Below, piece by piece: positions 42,826 to 51,470 of a stretch of DNA of 64,000 nt. Under the pieces are notes generated by a model. That model ran no database searches, had not been told where the DNA came from, and saw nothing but the letters and a program-made list of their open reading frames with translations. The position numbers and the translations under genes were made by a program. This DNA comes from Candidatus Oxydemutatoraceae bacterium (GTDB lineage Bacteria; Pseudomonadota; Gammaproteobacteria; Poriferisulfidales; Oxydemutatoraceae). The stretch is from assembly GCA_965218975.1 (NCBI GenBank), contig OZ244717.1, positions 992,001-1,056,000 of the forward strand. The letters run 5' to 3'. Each line of letters starts with the position of its first letter. The first letter of the stretch is position 1.

Positions 42826-43696
42826 ATTACTCTTTAGTTTAATTACAGAGGCAAAACGAACTCATATTACACGCAAACTTTAATATAAGAGAATTTAACC
42901 ACCTTACACAAGGCTGCCTATAATATAATCGCTTTTGAGGGTTTTGTTGATAGTTGCATACAATATAGGAGCGAAGTCTGCCTGCGACAGCTCAGTGCCG
43001 ACGGGCGGAGTTCACTGAACGCCAGCCCCGACGTCCTTGTCGGGTCGTTCGCCGCTGAAAATCGATCGATTTTCCGGGCGCGTCTCACCCTGCGCGAGCG
43101 GTGTAATCGTTTTGGTAGTCGGTCATATTACTCTTTAGTTTAATTACAGAGGCAAAACGAACTCATATTACACGCAAACTTTAATATAAGAGAATTTAAC
43201 CACCTTACACAAGGCTGCCTATAATATAAACCGCTTTCAAGGGTTTTGTTGATAGTTGCATACAATATAGGAGCGAAGTCTGCCTGCGACAGCTCAGTGC
43301 CGACGGGCGGAGTTCACTGAACGCCAGCCCCGACGTCCTTGTCGGGTCGTTCGCCGCTGAAAACCGATCGGTTTTCCGGGCGCGTCTCACCCTGCGCGAG
43401 CGGTGTAATCGTTTTGGTAGTCGGTCATATTACTCTTTAGTTTAATTACAGAGGCAAAACGAACTCATACTTACACGCAAACTTTAATATAAGAGAATTT
43501 AACCACCTTACACAAGGCTGCCTATAATATAAACCGCTTTCAAGGGTTTTGTTGATAGTTGCATACAATATAGGAGCGAAGTCTGCCTGCGACAGCTCAG
43601 TGCCGACGGGCGGAGTTCAATGAGCGCCAGCCCTGACGTCCTTGTCGGGTCGTTCGCCGCTGAAAACCGTTCGGTTTCCCGGGGCGCGGCTCACCC
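42787..43696. repeat. Three tandem ~302-bp units: fic 5' end, fic upstream region and the double-hairpin core in reverse orientation
   Basis: Unit junctions CCC at 42787, 43088, 43390, 43694 (periods 301, 302, 304); units differ by a few substitutions and indels. Confidence 0.95.
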
Positions 43697-43736
43697 AGAA
43701 GCGCTTCAAAAATCCCATTTAGAGTTGCATCGTACA
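43697..43736 (+). mobile_element. Second copy of the IS481-like right end
   Basis: AGAAGCGCTTCAAAAATCCCATTTAGAGTTGCATCGTACA is a near-exact reverse complement of 7368-7407 and encodes EALQKSHLELHRT. Confidence 0.75.
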
Positions 43737-43956
43737 GACGGTATCAGCGAAGTTGGTTTAGCGGATATAATGCTCATTGAGTCCGCCCAGCATCCGCCCA
43801 GCGGCTTCAACCCCGGCGGAAAGCTCGGTTTGTTCAAGCCCAGGTGATTGGAGGCATGATGGAAGATCGGAGGGAAAGAGCGAGTGATCGCACGACCATA
43901 ATGTTGTTGTGCGAGAGCGACCCTCACGTTGAGCTCTCGCACGGAACCTCGTCGCG

Positions 43957-46900
43957 ATGAGTGAACAGCGATCAGCAGCAGCACAGAGTGACAACAACCT
44001 TACCCCCGGCGATGTGATCGCCGGTTTGGAAGCGAACGAGCTCGTCCAAGTCCAACGCGTTGCCTCGTTCGGAGACAAGACTCTAGTTGAAGGAGTTGGG
44101 CTTCAGTCCCGGCGTCTTGTGAAGCGTCCTCTAGCTCCCGACGAGTTCGCCACGCTCGAAAAGGTACGTGGGCAACAGTATTCGTTTGATGGTGACCCGC
44201 ATCTTTTCCTTCTCGGAGCGGAGGCGGAGCGTATCCGCATCGCTCACCAGTTTGACCCGCTCTTCGCGGTCAACTCCAGCATCGTTGACCCGCTTCCCCA
44301 TCAGATTGAAGCGGTTTATCGCTATCTCCTTCCTCTGCCGAGAATCCGCTTCTTGCTTGCTGACGACACGGGAGCCGGCAAAACGATCATGGCCGGACTC
44401 CTGATTAAACAGTTGCTCTTCCAAAGGGTAATTCAGAAGATCCTTATCATCACACCAGGGGGATTGACGAAGCAGTGGGCGGAGGAAGAACTCCAGGAGA
44501 AGTTCGGCCTCTACGCACGACTAGTAAACCGCGCATCCTTTGACGCAGAACCCGGCCAGTTTTCTCGTTACGAAGAGGGGATCTTCGTCACATCCATTGA
44601 TTTTCTCGCGCGGAACGAAGGATGTCTCAACGCTGTCTCCGCAACGCGGTGGGACCTTGTGGTGGTTGACGAGGCGCACAAACTCTCCGCATATGAGTAC
44701 GGCACGAAGCTGGAAGAGAGCGAACGGTATAAAGCTGTAAAAGCGCTTACCAACAAGACTGATCATCTGCTCTTCCTTACAGCGACTCCTCATCGAGGAA
44801 GAAAGGATACTTTTCGCCGCCTGCTGCTACTGCTTGACGAAGATCTCTTTCGGAAGGACGAGCATGTTGCCGACCGGGTAAGACAAGAGGCGACGACGCA
44901 TCAAGCACCCACCGAAGAGGATTTAGAGGTTGAGCGCCCGATTAGCAATGCTAGAAATCGGTTCTTTCTCCGTCGTTTGAAGGAGGAAATGGTTGATTGG
45001 GATAACCAAGCGCTGTTCAAGAACCGCCACACGAAGACCATTGGCTACGACCTTACGCCAGAAGAAAAAGCTCTCTACGACGAGGTAACAAGCTATGTCC
45101 GCTCCAAGCGCAAGGAGGCCAAGGCGAAGAAGAATCGCAACGTGGAGCTGACTCTTATGGTCATGCAACGCCGGCTGGCCAGCAGCCTCTACGCGATCAC
45201 GAAGACTTTGGAAAACCGGTTGAATGCCCTCGCGAAGGTCCTCGCGATCCTTAGAGATCCAAGCCGCTCAGAAACAGAGAAGAAGCGCCTGTTCCGGGGT
45301 GATGTTGCGTCTAGTGACCCGCGTGACATCACTGAATACGAGGACTTGACCGAAGAGGAACGGGAGCGCATTGACCGACGGATCTTTCATCAGGTCTTGA
45401 CGGATGACCCGGCAAAAGTTGAAGAGGAACGCAGCGAAGTCGAGAGGCTCTTTCGTTTCGCCGACAGCCTGAAGCACCATAAGGAAGCAAAGTTCATCGA
45501 GCTTCTCGCCGTCCTGGACTCCTCTGATATTATTCGGGCGGATGATGAAAAGCTCGTTATCTTCACAGAACACCGGGACACGCTCAACAACCTCACGACG
45601 CGTCTTGAAGAGAAAGGCTACTCGGTCGCAACGATTCACGGCGGCATGGACGTGGATTCGCGCAAGCAAGCCCAGTGCCAGTTCCGGATGAGAGCCAAGA
45701 TCATGGTGGCGACAGATGCCGCAGGCGAAGGCATCAACCTCCAGTTCTGCCGCTACCTGATCAATTGGGACATCCCGTGGAACCCCAACAGGCTGGAACA
45801 GCGGATGGGGCGTATCCATCGCTACGGTCAAGCGGACGATGTGTGGGTCTACAACCTGGTCGCCCAGAACACCCGAGAGGGGTCGGTTCTTGAGAAGTTG
45901 CTCTCGAAGATGGACATTATGCGCGAGCAGATGGGATCGGACCGGGTCTACGACGTGATTGATGATTGGCTGAAAGACGTGCCTCTGGTTCGGCTCATCG
46001 AGAGAGCTATCGACTCGGACGACGAGACGGAGAGTGCCCGGGAGACCGATGTGGCCTTGTCGTCGGCATCGAGCCAGCGGGCCGAGCGACTGATGGCCCT
46101 GCAGAAGAAGACGTCTCTGGTTTCGCGTCTCGACTTGCGGTCGGCCCGTGAACTGCGCGATGCATCGGATGAGCGCCGACTGCAGCCGTTGTTCATACAG
46201 CGGTTCTTCGAACACGCGTGGACGGCGTGTGGAGGCACCATCCGCAAAGACGATCACTTTCCGGTGTGGCACATCGGCGTCACACCAACCGCACTCCTTG
46301 AGCGCACTCGGGAACAGCGACAGGCACTGTTCGACAGAAACGAAACTCCCTTCGTGTTCGATAAGCAGCTTGTCAGCGTCGCGAGCAAGGCGCGCATTCC
46401 GGAGCGCACAAAGCTCATGGGTCCGGGGCACCCTCTGTTCGATGCGCTGATTGAATGGACCATTTCCGAGGCGCGCCAAGCTTTCGCAAAAGGGGCAATT
46501 CTCGTAGATCCCAACATTACCAAACCGCGGCGGATCTGGCTGGTCCGTTCGACCATTGACGATGGGCGTCGCCAACGGCACCAGGAAGATTGCAAAACGC
46601 CAGCCTACGAACGATTGGCTGTCGTGCTGCAGGACCATCGCGACCTCCGCGCGACTTCGTCCTCCTACCTGCTGAACTGCACGGCGCCGGAGGCTGATAT
46701 CCCGCCGCCCGAAATCGCGCCGAGGCGCGCCGAGGAGATACAGTTATGGGCCTATGAGCAGATTACCGAACAGCAGCTTGAGCACGTCAAAACCATTCGA
46801 TCCGAGGAGTGCAACCTACGTCGGCAGTACCTGAACACGGCATTTACGGACCTTATCCTCGAGCTTCAGGAAGAGCTGAATGACTTCCAACAAGCGCATC

Positions 46901-47529
46901 TATTCGGAGATGACAACACGGAGGACCGAGAGCGCCTTCAAAAGCGCATTGACGAGCTTAGAACCCGGAAGGCGGAACGACTTAAGGAGCTGGAACTTAT
47001 GCTGAAGCTGTCCGCCAACCTCCCGGATCTATTGACGGAAGCCATAGTCGCTCCGGCCCCTGTGGTGTCGCCGGAAGTTGAGGATGAATGGCCTTCAAGG
47101 GGTTTCCCGATGCACCGGGACGATGAGGTTGAGGCTATCGCCATGGACGTGGCTATGCGCTACGAGCGCAGTCGAGGCTGGGCACCAACAGATGTGAGCC
47201 GCGATGGAGAGCACTACGATATTCGGTCAGAAGGACCAAGCGGCGAAAAGCGCTTCATTGAGGTCAAGGGTCGTGCGCAGTCCGGAGACATCGTCCTCAC
47301 GAGACCCGAATTGGACAAGCTGCGCCAGCTCGGCGAGCGCGCCTGGCTCTATGTTGTCAGCTATTGCAAGGGCGAGCAGCCGCGACTGCGAATTGCGCAG
47401 GACCCGATCTCGAAGCTGACACCTGAGATGCTTTATCGCCAGGTTCAATACTTGGTCAAAGAGTCCGACTGGGTGGGACACGGCAAGGAAGTCAATCCGC
47501 CGACGGACACCGAAGTACGACGCGAGTGA
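43957..47529 (+). CDS. SNF2-family helicase with C-terminal DUF3883 (PD-(D/E)xK-like) nuclease domain
   Basis: LLADDTGAGKT, VVDEAH, LTATPH, EGINLQ, QRMGRIHRYGQ; C-terminal YDIRS...RFIEVKGR. Confidence 0.92.
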   Translation: MSEQRSAAAQSDNNLTPGDVIAGLEANELVQVQRVASFGDKTLVEGVGLQSRRLVKRPLAPDEFATLEKVRGQQYSFDGDPHLFLLGAEAERIRIAHQFDPLFAVNSSIVDPLPHQIEAVYRYLLPLPRIRFLLADDTGAGKTIMAGLLIKQLLFQRVIQKILIITPGGLTKQWAEEELQEKFGLYARLVNRASFDAEPGQFSRYEEGIFVTSIDFLARNEGCLNAVSATRWDLVVVDEAHKLSAYEYGTKLEESERYKAVKALTNKTDHLLFLTATPHRGRKDTFRRLLLLLDEDLFRKDEHVADRVRQEATTHQAPTEEDLEVERPISNARNRFFLRRLKEEMVDWDNQALFKNRHTKTIGYDLTPEEKALYDEVTSYVRSKRKEAKAKKNRNVELTLMVMQRRLASSLYAITKTLENRLNALAKVLAILRDPSRSETEKKRLFRGDVASSDPRDITEYEDLTEEERERIDRRIFHQVLTDDPAKVEEERSEVERLFRFADSLKHHKEAKFIELLAVLDSSDIIRADDEKLVIFTEHRDTLNNLTTRLEEKGYSVATIHGGMDVDSRKQAQCQFRMRAKIMVATDAAGEGINLQFCRYLINWDIPWNPNRLEQRMGRIHRYGQADDVWVYNLVAQNTREGSVLEKLLSKMDIMREQMGSDRVYDVIDDWLKDVPLVRLIERAIDSDDETESARETDVALSSASSQRAERLMALQKKTSLVSRLDLRSARELRDASDERRLQPLFIQRFFEHAWTACGGTIRKDDHFPVWHIGVTPTALLERTREQRQALFDRNETPFVFDKQLVSVASKARIPERTKLMGPGHPLFDALIEWTISEARQAFAKGAILVDPNITKPRRIWLVRSTIDDGRRQRHQEDCKTPAYERLAVVLQDHRDLRATSSSYLLNCTAPEADIPPPEIAPRRAEEIQLWAYEQITEQQLEHVKTIRSEECNLRRQYLNTAFTDLILELQEELNDFQQAHLFGDDNTEDRERLQKRIDELRTRKAERLKELELMLKLSANLPDLLTEAIVAPAPVVSPEVEDEWPSRGFPMHRDDEVEAIAMDVAMRYERSRGWAPTDVSRDGEHYDIRSEGPSGEKRFIEVKGRAQSGDIVLTRPELDKLRQLGERAWLYVVSYCKGEQPRLRIAQDPISKLTPEMLYRQVQYLVKESDWVGHGKEVNPPTDTEVRRE

Positions 47530-50228
47530 CTGTAACAACGGATCCCATCGTAGACACCCGACATCCTGCGGGAGCACGTTTCTACAAGTGCGCTCTTCAA
47601 GTGAACCCGCACCACTATGGTGAAACCTTCCGCGGGAAGCCGTCCGGTGGAGACACGATCAGCCACGCGCAGGCCATTGTCGACAAGGCCGTCGAACTCG
47701 GCATTGAAGTGCTTGCCGTTACAGATCACAATAGCGTCGACGGTGTCGCGGCCTTTCGATCCGCGTCGCTCAACCGTCCGGTTCACATCTTTCCAGGTTT
47801 CGAGTTGTCCTCATCCGAGGGCGTACATCTATTGTGCCTGTACCCGCCGGACACGGGCGATGACCAACTCGGTCGGTACCTTGGAGAATTTGGTATACGC
47901 GTCACAAGTCCATTCACTCAACTTGCCACCAAGACATTTGCAGAGATTCTGGAGGCTGTTCACAGTCAAGGGGGGATAGCTATCGCGGCGCATGTGACGA
48001 ACGACCGTGGTCTCTTTAGAGTTCTATCGGGTCAGCCAAGAATTCGTGCATGGCAGGATGAGAACCTTCTTGCGGTCCAGATTCCGGGTCTGATTGAGGA
48101 TCTGACCCAGGATTTGCGTCCTATCTTACAGAACCAGAATCCCCAATATCGTCGCACTCACGCCCCGGAACATGGACTCTCAATCGCCGTGGTCAATGCT
48201 AAGGATATTGTCCAACCCGAGCAACTTGACGATCGAGCTGCCACTTCCTGGATCAAGATGCACGAAGTCAGCATCGACGGACTACGGCAGGCGTTTCTTG
48301 ATCCCGGATCGCGCATTCGACTGAATTCCAAGGATGGAGAATTCGAGTCTGAAGAGCACATGGAATTGGTCTCCTTGGGTTGGGAAGGTGGATTCCTCGA
48401 TGGCGTAAGCGTACGCCTCAACCCGAACCTGAACGTACTCATTGGTGGGCGCGGCACGGGTAAGTCTACCATTGTCGAGAGTATCCGCAGTGTGCTTGGA
48501 CTCGTGCCGATCGGCGACGAGGCGCGCAAGGCGCATGACGGAATTGTTCGTCATGTGTTGCGTAGCGGCACGAAAGTCTCGCTTCGAGTCCGCGTGCAAC
48601 GCCCCGGGGTTCGCGAGTATCGCATTGAGCGGACCATTCCAAATCCGCCGTTGGTACGCGATGCTTGCGGGGAGGCGCTGCATCTCGCGCCAACGGACAT
48701 TCTTCCGAGAATTGAAGCCTACGGTCAGCACGAGATTTCAGAACTTGTAAGAAGCCCCGATAAGCTCACCCGCTTGCTTGATCGTTTTGTCGAATGTGAC
48801 GAGTCCCTCACCAACCAAAAAGCATCGCTAAGACGCAAACTTGGTAAGAGCCGCGCTGCATTGTGTAATACGCGCAAGGAGATCAAGTCAATTGAGGAAC
48901 GCCTAGCGGCGCTTCCCGGTTTGGAGGAAACACTCAAACGCTTCCGGGAGGTCGGTCTTGAAAAGCGATTACGAGAGCAGAGCCTGCTCGTACGAGAGGA
49001 ACGCGTACTTGATTCGGCTTTTCAACGTCTGGCACCCCTCCGGGAGGTACGGGATATCTTGCGTAGAGAGCTTCCGATTGATCTGGCCTTTCTGTCAAAG
49101 CGGGCACTCGCGGATCTGCCAGGGAGGGAAATTCTCTCTGGGGTGAACAAGGTCCTCACGGACCTTGGCAGAGATATCAAATGCATCGCCGACGACTTGA
49201 CTCGCGCCTTGGAGCGCTCCGATCACGACATGGGCAAGGTGCGGACCACCTGGGACGTCCGTAAACAGCAGGTTCAAACTGAGTACGAACAGATCCTTCG
49301 CGAACTACAGAAATCACGTGTAGACGGGGAAGAATTTATTCGGCTTCGCCGCCAGATCGAAAAGCTGCGTCCGTTGCAGGACCGCCTTGCGCTTCTGCGG
49401 CGGTTGGAGAAGGAGCACGCCGACCAGCGCCGCGCACTGCTTGCGGAGTGGGAAGACGTCAAGGCCGCGGAATTCCGCACTTTTGACCAGGCCGCAAGGA
49501 GGGTCAGCGAAAATCTTCGCAGCCGCGTGCAGGTGCAGGTTGCGGCGGGGGGTGATCGCGAACCGCTCTTCAAACTGCTGCGTGATGAAATCGGCGGTCG
49601 CATGAAGGAGGCGATTGAGAGTCTGCAGAAAGTACCTGATCTGTCTCTTACCCAGTTGGTCGAGGCATGCCGCTCCGGCACCCAAGCGCTGAGCGCGAAA
49701 TATGGAGTCACTCCGGGTCAGGCGGAACGTCTTGCAAACGCCGGTCCCGAAGTATACATGCGAGTCGAGGAACTGGAGCTTGCACCGACGACGGTGATCC
49801 GTCTCAACATCGCGCCGGCGGGGGAGGCGCCTGTGTGGCGACCTCTAGAAGACCTTTCAACCGGACAGAAGGCGACAGCGGTATTACTTCTTCTGCTGCT
49901 CGAGTCGGGTGCCCCGCTGATCGTGGATCAGCCCGAGGATGACCTCGATAACCGATTTATCACCGAGGGCGTCATCCCCCGGATGCGCGAGGAAAAGCAG
50001 CGGCGACAGTTCATCTTCTCAACGCACAACGCGAACATTCCGGTACTCGGCGATGCCGAACTCATTCTCGGGCTCTCGGCCGTCGGCGAGGCAGGCGACG
50101 GTCGGGCACATGTCGCGCCCGAACATGCGGGATCAATTGACTCCCGAATGGTGCGCGAACTTGTGGAGGAGATTCTCGAGGGTGGCCGGGAAGCATTCGA
50201 GACACGTCGCCGTAAGTACGGATTCTGA
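47526..50228 (+). CDS. PHP-domain plus coiled-coil ABC-type ATPase (Ppl/TrlF-like)
   Basis: PHP-like TDHN, GFELSSSEGVH, AAH; Walker A GGRGTGKS; signature LSTGQK; Walker B/D-loop IVDQPEDDLD; H-loop STHNAN; C-terminal LEGG.EAF..R..KY. Confidence 0.88.
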   Translation: MTVTTDPIVDTRHPAGARFYKCALQVNPHHYGETFRGKPSGGDTISHAQAIVDKAVELGIEVLAVTDHNSVDGVAAFRSASLNRPVHIFPGFELSSSEGVHLLCLYPPDTGDDQLGRYLGEFGIRVTSPFTQLATKTFAEILEAVHSQGGIAIAAHVTNDRGLFRVLSGQPRIRAWQDENLLAVQIPGLIEDLTQDLRPILQNQNPQYRRTHAPEHGLSIAVVNAKDIVQPEQLDDRAATSWIKMHEVSIDGLRQAFLDPGSRIRLNSKDGEFESEEHMELVSLGWEGGFLDGVSVRLNPNLNVLIGGRGTGKSTIVESIRSVLGLVPIGDEARKAHDGIVRHVLRSGTKVSLRVRVQRPGVREYRIERTIPNPPLVRDACGEALHLAPTDILPRIEAYGQHEISELVRSPDKLTRLLDRFVECDESLTNQKASLRRKLGKSRAALCNTRKEIKSIEERLAALPGLEETLKRFREVGLEKRLREQSLLVREERVLDSAFQRLAPLREVRDILRRELPIDLAFLSKRALADLPGREILSGVNKVLTDLGRDIKCIADDLTRALERSDHDMGKVRTTWDVRKQQVQTEYEQILRELQKSRVDGEEFIRLRRQIEKLRPLQDRLALLRRLEKEHADQRRALLAEWEDVKAAEFRTFDQAARRVSENLRSRVQVQVAAGGDREPLFKLLRDEIGGRMKEAIESLQKVPDLSLTQLVEACRSGTQALSAKYGVTPGQAERLANAGPEVYMRVEELELAPTTVIRLNIAPAGEAPVWRPLEDLSTGQKATAVLLLLLLESGAPLIVDQPEDDLDNRFITEGVIPRMREEKQRRQFIFSTHNANIPVLGDAELILGLSAVGEAGDGRAHVAPEHAGSIDSRMVRELVEEILEGGREAFETRRRKYGF

Positions 50229-50231
50229 CCG

Positions 50232-51470
50232 ATGAATCGGACCGAACTACTCGAGCTCATTGCCAATGGCGAGAACTCGCGGGTGGAATTCAAGCGCGAC
50301 GACGTTCACCCGGATGCTTTTGCCAAGGCGATGTCGGCGTTGCTGAACCTAGAGGGCGGCGCGATCCTGCTCGGGGTGGCGGATGATGGGCAAATCTCCG
50401 GGCTGACCAGGGGCCGGAAGGATGCGGAAGAGTGGGTTATGAACATCACCCGTAACAACCTCCAACCGCCAACAATACCGGTATGGACTTCTATGGCGAT
50501 GGAAGATGGTAACGTGGTCGGTGTCGTTGCGTTGCCCGCCGATAGCCCCGGCAAGCCCCACAAGGCAAAACAGGGTAATGCATGGGTTACGTTCGTTCGC
50601 GTTGGGGGCAGCTCACGAGAGGCGACACGTGAGGAAGAAGGCAGGCTCTACCAGGCCGCCCGGTTGGTTCGATACGAGGTGAAGTTAGTGCCGGACACGG
50701 AATTGGGTAGCCTGGACATTGATCGAGTCGGGAACTACCTCCGTGATGTCCTAAAACGCCTAATACCAAGTCAGGCCGATGACGAGGGTTGGCGACAGCT
50801 TCTACTCAACTCGGATTTGCTCGTTGCGACCGGAGATCGTGATGGCGCGTCGGTCGCGGGACTCCTGCTCTTCGGCGAGAACCCCAACCGGCGTCTGCCG
50901 CAGGCTGGCGTGACAGCGGCGGCATTCCCGAGCGCTGAGAAAGACTACAACACGATTGATGAAGAGCGAATTCGCGGGCCGTTGGCCCCGATCGTCTCCA
51001 AACGCGGTGCCGTGGTCGAGAAAGGCGTGATAGATCGTACAGTGGACTTCGTGGAACGCAATATGGGAAGCGTCGCATGGCTCGAAGGCGCGCAGCGCCG
51101 TCGAAAAGGGGCTTTTCCGCTTGATGCGGTACGAGAAGCAGTGGTGAATGCGGTGGCGCATCGAGATTACGCGCGCGAAGGCACCGACATTGAGGTCTCG
51201 TTGTACTTGGATCGGCTCGAAGTCATTTCGCCTGGACGGCTACCGAACGGCGTCACGGTGGAGAAGATGAGAGAGGGCGTGGTTCGGGTGGCTCGCAACG
51301 AGTTGCTCAAGGAGATCCTCCGAGACTACCGCTACATTGAGCATCAGGGGATGGGTGTGCGCAATCGAATCATTGAGTCCATGCGGAGCCACAACGAAAC
51401 GGAACCGGATCTCATTGAGGAGGACGATCGGTTCGTCGTCCGACTGTGGAAGGAACGCCGACGGCCGTGA
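50232..51470 (+). CDS. AlbA_2/Schlafen-like domain plus HATPase_c_4 (RecG-C-like) protein
   Basis: NGENSRVEFKRD, ALLNLEGGAILLGVADDG, REAVVNAVAHRDY, EVISPG.LP, RN. Confidence 0.85.
   Translation: MNRTELLELIANGENSRVEFKRDDVHPDAFAKAMSALLNLEGGAILLGVADDGQISGLTRGRKDAEEWVMNITRNNLQPPTIPVWTSMAMEDGNVVGVVALPADSPGKPHKAKQGNAWVTFVRVGGSSREATREEEGRLYQAARLVRYEVKLVPDTELGSLDIDRVGNYLRDVLKRLIPSQADDEGWRQLLLNSDLLVATGDRDGASVAGLLLFGENPNRRLPQAGVTAAAFPSAEKDYNTIDEERIRGPLAPIVSKRGAVVEKGVIDRTVDFVERNMGSVAWLEGAQRRRKGAFPLDAVREAVVNAVAHRDYAREGTDIEVSLYLDRLEVISPGRLPNGVTVEKMREGVVRVARNELLKEILRDYRYIEHQGMGVRNRIIESMRSHNETEPDLIEEDDRFVVRLWKERRRP

Noticed and set aside
45268-46638. 456-aa antisense ORF inside the SNF2 helicase (also 38604-39503, 51935-52756, 57145-57918)
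   Set aside because: Shadow ORFs expected opposite GC-rich genes; no motifs.
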